DNA from: Octopus sinensis
Taxonomy: Eukaryota
DNA: 64,000 nucleotides
Assembly (NCBI RefSeq): GCF_006345805.1
Contig: NC_043000.1
Location: 115,568,001-115,632,000 of the forward strand
Direction: 5' to 3'
The position numbers were made by a program, and so were the translations under genes. This document shows positions 38,577 to 50,340 of this stretch, piece by piece. Below the pieces are notes generated by a model. That model searched no databases, was not told the DNA's origin, and was given only the letters and a program-made list of their open reading frames with translations. Positions within the stretch are counted from its first letter, which is position 1. Every line of letters begins with the position of its first letter.

Positions 38577-38749
38577 TCCGTGTAGGTATTTTTTTTTCTT
38601 AACTTAAAATATTTCTTCCTGTTATCTTTTACTTGTTCCGCTTGTAGGACTGCAGTCATGCTGGAGCACTTTCGTGAGGTGCCTAAGTCGAGCAAACTCA
38701 GTGTATTTTGGTGTGGTACTATTTAATCGTAAATTCTGTCGAAAATCTA

Positions 38750-39176
38750 GGATCTTTTGGGTTTGAACGGCAGTTTTTAACATAATTTCTAGGTAACTAA
38801 AAAATTTTAAACTTCGTATACTGGTAGAATGTGTTTATAAAACATCTTTTTCTCTTGGCTTTCTTGAGAAAATTCTATAGTTTGTAAGATATTTGTTGTT
38901 TTTGTCTTCAATTTCTGCAATTTCAACCAATCATTACGTCCATTGAGGTAAAATCATTCTGTGCCGTATGAATATGTCCCTCGTTTAAGAGACAGATTGG
39001 GTTTATTTACATTTGTGAAGAAAAAAAGATACCCTCCCCCCCACCCATAACCCTAACCCTAACCCTAACTCTAAAACAGATTGAAATGCAATAGATTGAT
39101 ACTAGGGTCATAATTATGGGTGACAATTTCATATGACACCGCTAGAAAAAAACTGCCGTTCAAACCGAAAAGATCC
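38750..39176. mobile_element. 427-bp MITE, 29-bp TIR, 8-bp TSD AAAATCTA
   Basis: ggatcttttgggtttgaacggcagttttt / aaaaactgccgttcaaaccgaaaagatcc (1 mismatch); internal (CCCTAA)n. Confidence 0.9.
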
Positions 39177-39403
39177 AAAATCTAAGTTACAGGGACGTAA
39201 GCATACAGACCATGTGTGGGTGAAACGGCATACACAACGACACTTATACACATAACGGGTTTCCATACAGTTTCCGTCTACCAGATTCACTGCGAAAGTA
39301 TGTATTCGCAAGGAGATATAGAAGACGCTTATTCACGGTACGAACTGTGGGATTGAATGCGAAAGCAGATAGTTGCAAAGAATAAAGATATAAAAAAGAT
39401 ATG

Positions 39404-39477
39404 TGGCCAGTATGGGGCTCGAACCCACGACATTCGCGTTATTAGCACGACGCTCTAACCAACTGAGCTAACCGGCC
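39404..39477 (-). tRNA. trnI-AAU: tRNA-Ile(AAT)
   Basis: Consensus sequence. Confidence 0.95.
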
Positions 39478-40196
39478 TTGTCATGTTAGTTTTTCTTTTT
39501 TTTTCTTTTAATTAAAATATTTCTTTCTTGTGTCTGAACCAGACAGATAGACAGGTACACAGACAAAAAAGTTGGCAAATAGTCAGGCAGACAGAAGAAT
39601 TAGACAGCTCGATAGTCGACTATATAGAAAGACAGATCAACAGACGGGTACCTGTATATAGGTAGATAGAGAGATACCTGCGTGCATTGACTGCCATATA
39701 GACACCTGTACAAAGACAGATGAAGGGATACCTTTTTTTGATAGATAGGGAGATACCTGCGTACACAGAGTGCCAGATAGACAGCTGTACATTCAGGAAA
39801 CGATAGACAGATAGATAATCGTATGTATTGAGAGAGAGAGAGAGAGAGGGGGGGGGGAGGGGGGGGAGGGAGAGAGGGAGAGAGAGAGGGGGGAGAGAGG
39901 GAGAGAGAGAGAAAGAGAGAGTTACCTGTATATATAGAAGGATTGATAAATTCACACCTGCATACAGAGAGAAAGAGAGAGATAGAGATAGATAGATAGA
40001 TGAGAGAGAGAGAGAGAGGGAGAGAGAAAGAGAGAGAGAGAGAGAGTTACCTGTATACATAGAAAGATTGATAAATTCACACTTGCATACAGAGAGAAAG
40101 AGATAGATAGATAGATAGAGAGAGAGAGAGGGAGAGAGAGAGAAAGAGAGGGAAATATTGAGATAGATAGATAGATAGATAGATAGAGATAGAGAT

Positions 40197-40235
<39 letters not shown>

Positions 40236-40301
40236 GCTACCACAAATTTAACTTCGTATTTCTTATGACTGACTAAACTAGTTAAGAAGCAATGGTCGTG
40301 T

Positions 40302-40396
40302 CTCGCGATAGCTCAGTTGGTAGAGCGGAGGACTGTAGTATGAAATTGTAATTACCTGTAATCCTTAGGTCGGTGGTTCGAATCCGTCTCGCGAGA
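40302..40396 (+). tRNA. trnY-GUA: tRNA-Tyr(GTA), 22-nt intron 40339-40360
   Basis: Exons identical to consensus; intron tatgaaattgtaattacctgta. Confidence 0.95.
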
Positions 40397-40866
40397 TTTT
40401 TTTTTTTTTTTTTGTAAATACTTAAATTTCTTGGTTGTATCTTTTACTTGTTTCTGTTGTTCGATTGTGACCATGCTGGAACATCTACCTGAGGAGGTGT
40501 TCAGTGGAGCAAATGCACTCAGTACATTTTTAAAGTCTGGTACTATTCTACCGGTTATTTATGTCGAACTCCAAGTTACGGGGACGTAAACAAACCAAAT
40601 GTGGTTGTCAACTGTTGGGGATGGCATACACAAAGATACACACACACACACACACATTCAACAGGATTCCACACAGTTTCTGTCTATTGGGCAAAGAATC
40701 GGACCGCCCGGGACCACAGAGGAAGACACCTATAATACAAGCAGTGGGATTGAAACTGAAATGACGTGGTTGCAAAGATCTTACCCCATACAAAAATGCT
40801 AACACACACACACACACACACACACAAAAAACAAAATATATATAAGCACGAAAAAGTATGAGTATA

Positions 40867-40940
40867 TGGCCAGTATGGGGCTCGAACCCACGACATTCGC
40901 GTTATTAGCACGACGCTCTAACCAACTGAGCTAACCGGCC
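40867..40940 (-). tRNA. trnI-AAU: tRNA-Ile(AAT)
   Basis: Consensus sequence. Confidence 0.95.
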
Positions 40941-41096
40941 TCTTAGAAGCGATTAATAATTTTAATATAGTCGTCATTATTGTGTTGAATGGGAGGAAAC
41001 GATAGAGCGATGGGTAGTATTTTGTTATTGCACTTCACGCTGGGAGTTCAACTTCAACTTTAATCATTCTGAAGTGTTAAAGTAAGTCAACTAACA

Positions 41097-41121
41097 TCTC
41101 TCTATATATAAACGGCAAAAA

Positions 41122-41170
<49 letters not shown>

Positions 41171-41498
41171 TGTCCTTTATACAAATCCACAATTTTTCAG
41201 TTAGAGAGCTCGCACTTTCTATGGTCATTCAAAATCACCCAAGGGTGGTCGTGCACATCTTTACATTTCCCCAGTCACCCCGCAAAGCCATTAAAAAATC
41301 AGTAGAAGTGACTTTTTTGTGAATTTTCTATCCAAAACCCAATCAAAATGCCCGAAACTTGATACGCCAATTGAATGCCAGCTAGCTGTATGTGATTGGT
41401 CGGAGATTTGGACAGTACTCGCGTGTATGTGCGCACGCACGCAGATGTATATGCATGCACTAGCAGTATGACCCGGCGTTGCCGGGTCATAGTGCTAG
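41097..41498 (+). mobile_element. non-autonomous Helitron
   Basis: A|TCTCTCTATATATAAAC...(TG)n...hairpin tatgacccggc-gtt-gccgggtcata...CTAG|T; empty-site analogue near 49875. Confidence 0.8.
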
Positions 41499-41537
41499 TG
41501 ATCAATATAATCGATTTGGACAAAACAGTTACGTGAA

Positions 41538-41750
41538 GGCTCGTGGCGTTGTGGTTAGGAGTGTTGCACTCCTGATCGTAAGAATGTGATTTCGATTCCC
41601 GGACGTGGAGTAAAATATTTCATTTTACGTTGCTCCAGTCTTCTTAGCTGTGAATGAGTAACCCTGTGTTTACCTGGAATGTCGGGGGTCTCGGCTACTT
41701 ATACATCATGGAAACCGGGTCGGCGGCCCCATGTGCCTGAAGACCCTTAA
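41538..41750 (+). mobile_element. third tRNA-headed SINE family (copies ~48080, 49917, 52955, 54746)
   Basis: ggcgttgtggttagg...ttcgattcccggac head, gttgctccagtc body, ggaaaccgg...aagacccttaat tail. Confidence 0.6.
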
Positions 41751-41850
41751 TTTCTCTTTCTTTTGCTTTCCTCTTCTTCGCTGTTTACTTGTCGCATCCA
41801 ACACTTCACAACTGTCGAAGCTTTAACTTTAAATTCCTTATGTGACAATT

Positions 41851-42159
41851 GGTACTACTTGAAAAGAGTGGTCCCGGTGCGCGCACTCGCGTTGTCGCGC
41901 ATTCGCGTTAGATAGTCGTGACTAGTCGATCCTACAACGACTACCTAACAAAGTAAAAAAACACAAAATAAATAAATCTTTTTACACAAAGTAAAAAAAA
42001 TTTGTTAAACAAAGTAAATAAAACACAAAAACACAAAGTAAATAATTTTTTAAACAAAATAAATAAAACACAAAAACACAAAGTAAAGATCGACTAGTTA
42101 TGACTAGCTAGCGCAGATACGCGAGTGCGCGCACTGGGACCACTGTTCTCAAGTAGTAC
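41851..42159. mobile_element. MITE C, ~309 bp, ~85-bp TIR, ~10-bp TSD (Mutator-like)
   Basis: ggtactacttgaaaagagtggtcccggtgcgcgcactcgcg / inverted copy; TSD tgtgacaatt / tgtcacaatt. Confidence 0.85.
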
Positions 42160-42193
42160 TGTCACAATTATTTTACTTTACGAATTCTGTTGT

Positions 42194-42288
42194 CTCGCGA
42201 TAGCTCAGTTGGTAGAGCGGAGGACTGTAGTGTGAAGTTACATGTGGCTGTAATCCTTAGGTCGGTGGTTCGAATCCGTCTCGCGAGA
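42194..42288 (+). tRNA. trnY-GUA: tRNA-Tyr(GTA), 22-nt intron 42231-42252
   Basis: Intact exons; MITE in upstream box. Confidence 0.93.
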
Positions 42289-42694
42289 TTTTTTTTTTTT
42301 TAATATTTAAATTTCTTTTCTTTCTTTTGTCTTTTACTTGTTTAGGTCATTGGACTGTGTCCATGCTGAAGCACTGTCCTGGGCGTGTTCAGTCGAGCTA
42401 TCCACTCAGTACACTTTCAAAGTGTGGTACTACTCTATCGGTCGTTTTGCCGAAACGCCAGACAGCGGGGATGCAAACAAACCAGCCGTGGTTGTAAAGC
42501 GTTAGCGGGACAGGATACACAAAGACATATACACACATACGCGACGGGCTTCCACATAGTTTCCGCACACCATATCCGCTGGGAAGACATTAGTTCACAC
42601 GGGGCAACAAAAAGCTTACGATTGATTGAATCTGAAAGCAGGTGGCTGCGAAAGGAACTATGTCTGTGTAAAAAAATACAAATATGAAAGAATA

Positions 42695-42768
42695 TGGCCA
42701 GTATGGGGCTCGAACCCACGACATTCGCGTTATTAGCACGACGCTCTAATCAACTGAGCTAACCGGCC
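42695..42768 (-). tRNA. trnI-AAU: tRNA-Ile(AAT), invariant G19>A
   Basis: GTTGATTAG in D loop; upstream flank replaced. Confidence 0.65.
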
Positions 42769-43032
42769 TTCGTTGACTTATTGAGCGTTTGGTTGACTTA
42801 TCGAGCGTGTCTTCTATTATAGCCTCGGGCCGATCAAAGCCTTGTCAGTGGATTTGGTAGACGGAAACTGAAAGAAGCCCATCGTATATATATATATCCG
42901 CCAACTCAATGACACCTCCTTCTATTCCCCTCTGCCCTCTAACCCCACACGTAGCTACCAACAGACGGTATCCTCTACCGTCCAAGACCTCATCTCGTCC
43001 TCCGTCTCCCCCGCACCGCATCCAACCTAATT

Positions 43033-44625
43033 GTGCGAACCCCACGTCCCCCCCACATTTACTTCCTCCCCAAAATCCACAAACCCAACAACCCTGGCCC
43101 GCCCATCGTCTCCGCCTGTAACTGCCCCACGGAACTCATCTCTAAATACCTCGACCTTGTCCTTGCCCCCCTAGTGGCATCTCTTCCCTCCCACATCCAC
43201 GATACCAAACCATGCTCTCCGGCTTTTCAACTCTTTCTCCTTTCCTCCCGGCTCCTCCAAAATCCTTTTTCTATGGACATCCAAAGCCTCTATAACTGTT
43301 ATCCCTCACCACGAAGGACTGCAGGCCCTTCGACACTTTCTTGACCTCCGCTCTAACCCTGTACCTGACACCTCCACACTCATTCGTCTGGCCGAACTTG
43401 TCCTTACTCTGAACTGCTTCTCGTTCGCGGGCGAGTTCTACCATCAGGTCTCGGGAGTGGCCATGGGAACCCGAATGGGCCCCAACTATGCGAACCTGTT
43501 CGTTGGCTATGTTGAGGCCCAAATATTCTCTAATTTCACTGGTCCCACTCCTGAACTATATGGTCGTTATATTGACGACATTATCGGTGCCACCTCACTC
43601 TCCCGCGAACATCTAGATTCCTTCCTCTCTTTCGTCCAATCTTTCCATCCAGCCCTCCACTTCACTTCCACTATCTCCAACACCTCTGTCTCCTTCCTCG
43701 ACATTTCGGTTAGCATTCTTCACTCCACTCTTACCACCTCCATTCACTACAAAACACACAGACTCACACTCATACCTCAACTTCTCTTCCTCCCACTCAG
43801 AACACACCAAGCTTTCATCCCCTATTCCCAATTCCTCCGTCTACGTAGGCTCTGTAGTGACGACCATGACTTTGAGACTCAGTCTCAACGTATGGCTCAC
43901 CACTTCACCCTACGTGGATACCCCCTCACCACTATCCACACCGCCCTTGCCAGAGCACGGTCCGTGGACCGTGTATCTGCTCTCTCTCCCCGAACCCGCC
44001 CTGTAGTCTCCCGCCTCCCTTTTCCCCTCACTTACCACCCCACGACCCTACGTCTCCAACGCACCATTCTTCGAGCTTTCCGTCATCTCCAGTCCGACCC
44101 GTCCACTTCACACCTCTTCCCTAACCGACCCCTCCCCTCTTTCAAACGAGCCCACAACCTTCGAGACCTTTTGGTCCATAGCTCCTTCCTGACCCTACCT
44201 CCCAACCCGGCTCGTTCCCCTGCTCCCGCCCACGTTGCCGCACTTGCCCTTACCTCTCCAACACCACCCGCCTCACTAGCACCCACCATCGACCCTATCC
44301 CATCATCCACTCCTTCACCTGCACCTCCAGCAATATTATCTATTGCATCGCTTGCTCTCTCTGCAATTCCTTGTACATCGGACAAACGGGACGCCGCTTG
44401 GCTGACCGGTTCGCGGAACACCTTCGTGACATCCACCTTGCGAACGACACACCGGTCTCACGCCATTTCCGCTCCACCGGCCACTCCTTGCAACACCTAT
44501 CTGTGTTCGGTTTGTCCTTACACAGAGGCCATCCGGATTCCCGTTTGCGCCGTGAACAGGAATTAATCTTCTCTCTTCGCTCTTATACGCCATTTGGTCT
44601 CAACTCTCCCCCCCTCCTCATCTAA
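43033..44625 (+). pseudogene. PLE reverse transcriptase + GIY-YIG endonuclease, several frameshifts
   Basis: ORFs 43033-43344, 43457-44566, 44371-44625 (YIGQTGRRLADRFAEH GIY-YIG motif). Confidence 0.9.
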
Positions 44626-45199
44626 CCCCCCTTCTCCCCCCTCCTACCTATCCTTTCTCCCCCCCGACCCCTACTTCTTCAGTCCTTCATCCTTCACCCC
44701 TACTCCCCTTCCCTTCTTCCCTCTTTCTCCCTCCCTCTTCCCCTTCCCTCTGCTCCCTCACTCCCTCTCTCCCTCTTTCCTTCCTTCACCCCCCTCCTCT
44801 CCTCCTTCTCCCCCATCCTCTCCTCTTCCCCTTCTCCTCCCCCTCTTCTTCCCCTTCCCTTCTCTCCCCCCTCTCTCCTCCCCCCCCTCTTCTCCCCTCC
44901 CCCTCTTCTCCCCTCCCCCTCTTCTCCTCACTACACCACATGACTTTACACATCACATCACATATGATGTGCCATACTAATACACACACCAACTAATACA
45001 TACTAATACGTACTAATACATACTAGTACATACTAATACTTACACCAACCCTATACATACACACGTCCAGACCCCGCATACGCACTTATACTCTCTCACA
45101 CACACACACATACCTATACATACCAATACGTACTAATACATACTAATACATACTAATACATACACACGTCCAGACCAATCTTACGCACTAATACTCTCT

Positions 45200-45236
<37 letters not shown>

Positions 45237-45467
45237 ATACATACTAATACATACACCAACCCTATACATACACACATCCAGACCCCTCCCACGCACTTTT
45301 AGCTGGTCCCTCAACCCGTTTATCAACCCTATTATCTCCCCTTATTTCGCTCTCGCGTCTCATGTTTGATCTTTGACCTCTGGCCGAAATCAGATCGCCA
45401 TGTTGATTCGTTAGCTACTGCACGCATTTTTTTCTCTCTTTCTTTCTGTGTTTTTCTCTCTCTTGTA

Positions 45468-45505
45468 TCTTTCTGTTGAAGAGCGTAGGCTCGAAACGTT
45501 AAAGA
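45468..45505 (+). ncRNA. minimal type-I hammerhead-like motif in PLE 3' repeat (variant or degenerate)
   Basis: tcttt-CTGTTGA-A-gagc-gtag-gctc-GAAA-cgt-t-aaaga. Confidence 0.4.
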
Positions 45506-45599
45506 CTTGTTTTATTTATTTTCCTGAGCGCCATACTAATACAATTGTTCGTTTGTTTTCACCTGCCTTCGTCTTTTGTTATTTTCATAAAGCTTCCCG

Positions 45600-45647
<48 letters not shown>

Positions 45648-46493
45648 TATATATGTGTTGGTGTGTGTGTGTGTGTGTGTGTGTTTATGTATCTGTGTTT
45701 GTCCCCCCCCACTATCGCTTGACAACTGGTGTTGGGTTTAGGTCCCTGTAACTTAGCGTTTCTGTAAAAGAGACCGATAGAGTAAGTACTAGGCTTATCG
45801 AACATGGAACGACTCTACGGTGGCTGAAAAGGTAAAACGTTGGGTAGCATTATTTCTCTTTACGCTCCGAGTTCGAATTTTACCAAGGTGGCCGCAACTT
45901 TAATCATTGTGGAATTGATAAAGTAATTCAACTGACGAAATCAATATAATCGATTTTCCCAAAGAGCAGAATTCGTCTTGAGCCATTCCATATGATCCTT
46001 CGTTACTTTGTAAAAAAAAAAAGAAGAAAAAACATTTTTGTTCTAAATTTGTAATTTTATCCCCACCCGCATAAAATATCCACTCTTTCGAAAATTTTAT
46101 TTTTAAATCGTAATTTTAAAACATGGACATTCCGAATCTGCAATTTGTTTCTGTGTTTATTTTCAAAATAATTTCCAGACGAAAAGGTGTGTGATTTAAG
46201 GAAGATTTAGCTGTTGTTTTAAGCACATCCCACGACCACCTAATACTTACCTCGTATATTTATCTCTCTGACATGTATTGATGCTTCTCAATATATTTCT
46301 CCCCAGAAACATTTAATGGAATGATGATGCGCGCAAGGGAGATCCATTGCTGGGATTTAAGCAAAAAAATACTTTTTGTAATTTAAATTCTTTCCTCGCC
46401 TCCGCACCAAGCGCGTGCGCGCGCGCGTGTGTAACAAAAAGTATTTATTAATAGAAAAAGTATGCTATTAAAATGAATTATCTTTTATGTGCT

Positions 46494-47450
46494 GGCGTGG
46501 TTGGGTGGTCAGAAGCTTGCCTCCCAATCACATGGTTCCTGGTTCAGTCCCACTGCGTGGTACCTTGGCCAAGTGTCTTCTATTATAGCCTCGGGCCGAC
46601 CAAAGACTTGTCAGTGGATTTGGTAGACGGAAACTGAAAGAAGCCCGTCGTATATATATATGTGTTTATGCGTCTGTGTTTGCCCCCCTCCACCAACTAT
46701 CGCTTTACAACCGATGTTGTTGTGTTTAGGTCCCCGTAACTTAGCGGTTCTGTAAAAGAGACCGATAGAATAAGTACTAGCCTTACGATGGCTGCTCTGT
46801 TGCGTGAGTTTTAGAGGCCCCTTGCAACCTTTTTGTTTCGAGGCCCCATCCCTTCAATCAAAATTCATAATCTACGCACCTTTTATTCATAGTTATATTT
46901 TACTTTATTCAATAGTTCAATATTTCGCGTTATTCTAAAGAACATCTCTAAAAATACAATAAGTTAAATTTATTTGGGTCTGTTACAAATTTCAATAGGT
47001 AAAACTCACAGATATGAATAAAAGAGCACTTTTATAATCCAGGCAACTTTCAAAGACAAACACGGAACACTTTCCACTTCGCAGAGTCATCGATCAGTTC
47101 AGAATAATGAAGCTGAGAGCCTAGTTCGTGTTCACTAGATATCATAGACAATCCACAAAGTCTGGTACACGTTCGTGGTTCAAAGTAATATTTTTACAAG
47201 AACTTTTGCAGGTACAATGTATCCCCATTTTATTTCTTGAAATTTTCAGCTAACATAGTTTCATTCTTGTTCAAAATCTTAACCAAAGTAAGCAGATGAG
47301 TCATCTACGTACTTTGATCTTAACATGGGGCCCCTCAACTGCGGGGGTTGCAGGGGCTTGGCGACGGCCCTAAAATCCCGGGGTCGATTTCTTCGACTAA
47401 AGGCGGTGTTCCAGTATGGCCGCAGTCAAATGACTGAGACAAATAGAAGA
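46494..47450 (+). mobile_element. CORE-type SINE split by a hAT remnant
   Basis: Head ggttcagtcccactgcgtggtaccttggccaagtgtc; tail resumes after 47369. Confidence 0.75.
47050..47163 (-). pseudogene. hAT transposase C-terminal fragment
   Basis: Hand translation RLCGLSMISSEHELGSQLHYSELIDDSAKWKVFRVCL*; lies in an insert at ~46787-47369 ending gcgacggccct. Confidence 0.6.
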
Positions 47451-48419
47451 ATAGAAGAATAAAAGAATACCTATCATGAAATCTATGTGGATTAATCCCA
47501 TCAATGTCCCCAGGGTCTCCAATACCTGCCTGATCAATAGGGGTTAAGTGTAATTTGAGCAATCGTTGGTGGGGGATTTTTATCGAAAAACTACTTTTTG
47601 TTGCATAATAGTACGAGGTCCTGTATGTAGAACACACATCGCAAAAGTTTTGGGAAAATACCAAAAATTAAAGACGTTTTCACCAGTTATATGCATTGTG
47701 CCAGAAGCGATAATAGGCCATGCGCATGCGCGTTTGTTTAAAAAAAAATTTTCGTTAAGTTTTTGATTTTGGATTTCAAATTTTTATTTTGAAAATAAAA
47801 CCAGAAACAAATATGCAGATTCGGAATGTCCGTATTGAAAAACTAAGATTTAAAAACAAAAAAATTCGAAAAAGAATGGAAATTTTAGGGTGTTTTTAGT
47901 GGATGGGAGAGAGGGGATATTTAAGTTTAAAAAAAAATTTTGTTTTGCGTAAATGAACGAATTCCCGTGAATAGAAAACATTCGCAAAAATTTTGTGAAA
48001 GTTAGAAAAAATAAACAACTTACGAATGGTTACATGGCGTGCCTAAACCAGGATTTTGCGCATGTATGTCGAGATGGGTGGCGTTGTGGTTTCGCTTTCC
48101 GGACCGAGTGACGCGTTGTGGTTTCGCTTTCCGGACCGAGTGACGCGTTTAGTTCTTGAGCAAAACAGATAATTTCTAATTGCGCCCTGGTTAATTTAGC
48201 TGTAAATGAATAATCCCTTTTTCACGATATTGTGATCTTAGTCACTGAGATGCCATGGAAACCAAGGAACCGGTCCCATGTGCTCTAAGACCCTTAATTT
48301 CTTCTCATTCATCTTTGCTCCTCCTCGTTTCCCTGTCAAACCCGATACCGGACAGCTATCGAGGCTTTAAATTTCAAATATCTTATGACTAAACAATTTT
48401 ATAGCGGACGTTAGCATAT

Positions 48420-48513
48420 CTCGCGATAGCTCAGTTGGTAGAGCGGAGGACTGTAGTTGAATTTGTATATACCTGTAATCCTTAGGTCGGTGGTTCGAAT
48501 CCTTCTCGCGAGA
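48420..48513 (+). tRNA. trnY-GUA: tRNA-Tyr(GTA), 21-nt intron, G63>T
   Basis: T51:T63 mismatch; intron ttgaatttgtatatacctgta. Confidence 0.8.
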
Positions 48514-48929
48514 GTTGTCATTTTTTTCTTTCTCATCTGAAATTTCTTCCTTTTATCCTTAACACGTTTCGATCGTTGCACTGCGGCCATACCGGAGCAG
48601 TCTTGAGGGGATCTGTTGACCCAACTCGCTTAATATATTTTTGTAAGTGTAGTTCAATTCCATCGGTCTTTATGCCGAAACGTCAAGTCACGGAGAGGTA
48701 AACAAACCGACTCTCGTTGCCAAGCGGTGGTGGGACGGCATGGGCTTCAATACAGTTTTCGTCTACCAGACTAACTGGGAAGGCATTGGTCGCCCCGGGG
48801 CTACACAAAATGATACTTAATGATTCACGAAGTGGGATTGAATCTGAAATCAGGTGGTTGCAAAGCGAAGTTCTTGACTACGTAACGATTCCTATACACA
48901 AAAACATAAATTTAAAAAAAAAATGAATT

Positions 48930-49003
48930 TGGCCAGTATGGGGCGCGAACCCACGACATTCGCGTTATTAGCACGACGCTCTAACCAACTTAGCTAACCG
49001 GCT
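48930..49003 (-). pseudogene. trnI-AAU: tRNA-Ile(AAT) pseudogene
   Basis: G1>A, C13>A, A58>C. Confidence 0.8.
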
Positions 49004-49159
49004 TTCGTCGGCAGCAGCTGCGCATTTTAACATTGACGTCATTATTGTGGTGAATGGCTGAACAGCTGGAGCGTTGGGTAGTATTTAGTTATTTATGTTG
49101 GGTAGTATTAGTATTTGCTCCGTCAGTTTGAATTCTACGAGTCGCAATTTTGCGGGATT

Positions 49160-49515
49160 GAGCCAGTCGATTAGAGGGACCCCAATACCAAATTGAAACT
49201 TAATTTATCGACCCCGAAAGGATGAAAGGCAAAGTCGATCTCGGCGGAATTTGAACTCAGAACGTAAAGACAAACGAAATACCTATTTCTTTACTACCCA
49301 CAAGGGCTAAACATAGAGGGGACAAACAAGGACAGGCAAATGAATTAAGTCGATTATATCGACCCCAGTGCGTAACTGGTACTTAATTTATCGACCCCGA
49401 AAGATGAAAGGCAAAGTCTACATCGGCGGAATTTGAACTCAGAACGTAGCGGCAGACGAAATACCGCTAAGCATTTCGCCCGGCGTGCTCACGATTCTGC
49501 CAGCTCGCCGTCTTA
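49160..49515 (-). mobile_element. dimeric SINE family M (copy at ~53985-54340)
   Basis: Two tandem cores separated by the ctatttctttactacccacaaggg tail. Confidence 0.7.
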
Positions 49516-49681
49516 ACACAACTTCCGTCTACCATATTGATCGACAAGGTATTTGTTCGATCACTTATTCATGGTACGAACTTTGGGATTGAACGTGAAA
49601 GCAGTGGGTTGCAAAGCGACGTTCTTAAGCATACAAGTACTCCTGCACAAACATAAAAGATTGCAAACATAAAAAGATATA

Positions 49682-49755
49682 TGGCCAGTATGGGGCTCGA
49701 ACCCACGACATTCGCGTTATTAGCACGACGCTCTAACCAACTGAGCTAACCGGCC
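49682..49755 (-). tRNA. trnI-AAU: tRNA-Ile(AAT)
   Basis: Consensus sequence. Confidence 0.95.
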
Positions 49756-50244
49756 TTCGTCGGCAGCAGCTGTGCATTTTAACGTTGACGTCCTTATTGT
49801 GGGATGGTATTTAGTTAGTGTACCTGAGTCGGCTTCAACTTTAATCATTCTTGAGTGTTAGAGTAAGTCGACAAACAGGATCAATATAATCGATTTCGAC
49901 ATAACAGTTACGTGAAGGCACGTGGCGTTGTGGTAAGGGGTGTTGCGCTCCTGATCATAAGAATGTGATTTCGATTCCCGGACCGGGCGTTTCGTTCTGT
50001 TTTTGAGGAAAACGCTTTATTTTGCGTTGCTCCAGTCCACTTAACTGGAAATGCGTTTTCCTTTTTCTCTCGAGGAATATTAGGAAACCAGACAACCGGC
50101 CCTATGTACCCCAAGACCCCTAATTTCTCTTTCGTGTGCTCTCTTCTTCACCGTTTCCTTGTCGCACACAAAACTGAACAGCTGTCGTCGCGTTAATTTC
50201 ACATTTCTTATGATCAAACTAACAGAGACCCTGTTCTCTCGTTT

Positions 50245-50340
50245 CTCGCGATAGCTCAGTTGGTAGAGCGGAGGACTGTAGTGAGAAGTTATATACAAAT
50301 TGTAATCCTTAGGTCGGTGGTTCGAATCCGTCTCGCGAGA
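50245..50340 (+). tRNA. trnY-GUA: tRNA-Tyr(GTA), 23-nt intron 50282-50304
   Basis: Intact exons. Confidence 0.95.

Larger units (their letters stand above)
42898..45600 (+). mobile_element. Penelope-like retroelement, 5'-truncated, frameshifted
   Basis: RT motifs YFLPKIHKP, MDIQSLY, AMGTRMGPNYANLFVGYVE, RYIDDI; inserted in the (TA)n of a CORE-type SINE (halves ~42805-42897 and ~45600-45800). Confidence 0.9.

Noticed and set aside
39048-39074. Telomere or chromosome-end signal
   Set aside because: Only about 4 units, inside a TSD-flanked MITE.
49917-49985. tRNA-like sequence (also ~41538, ~54746)
   Set aside because: Has A/B-box-like motifs but no closed cloverleaf and continues into a SINE body, so it is a SINE head.
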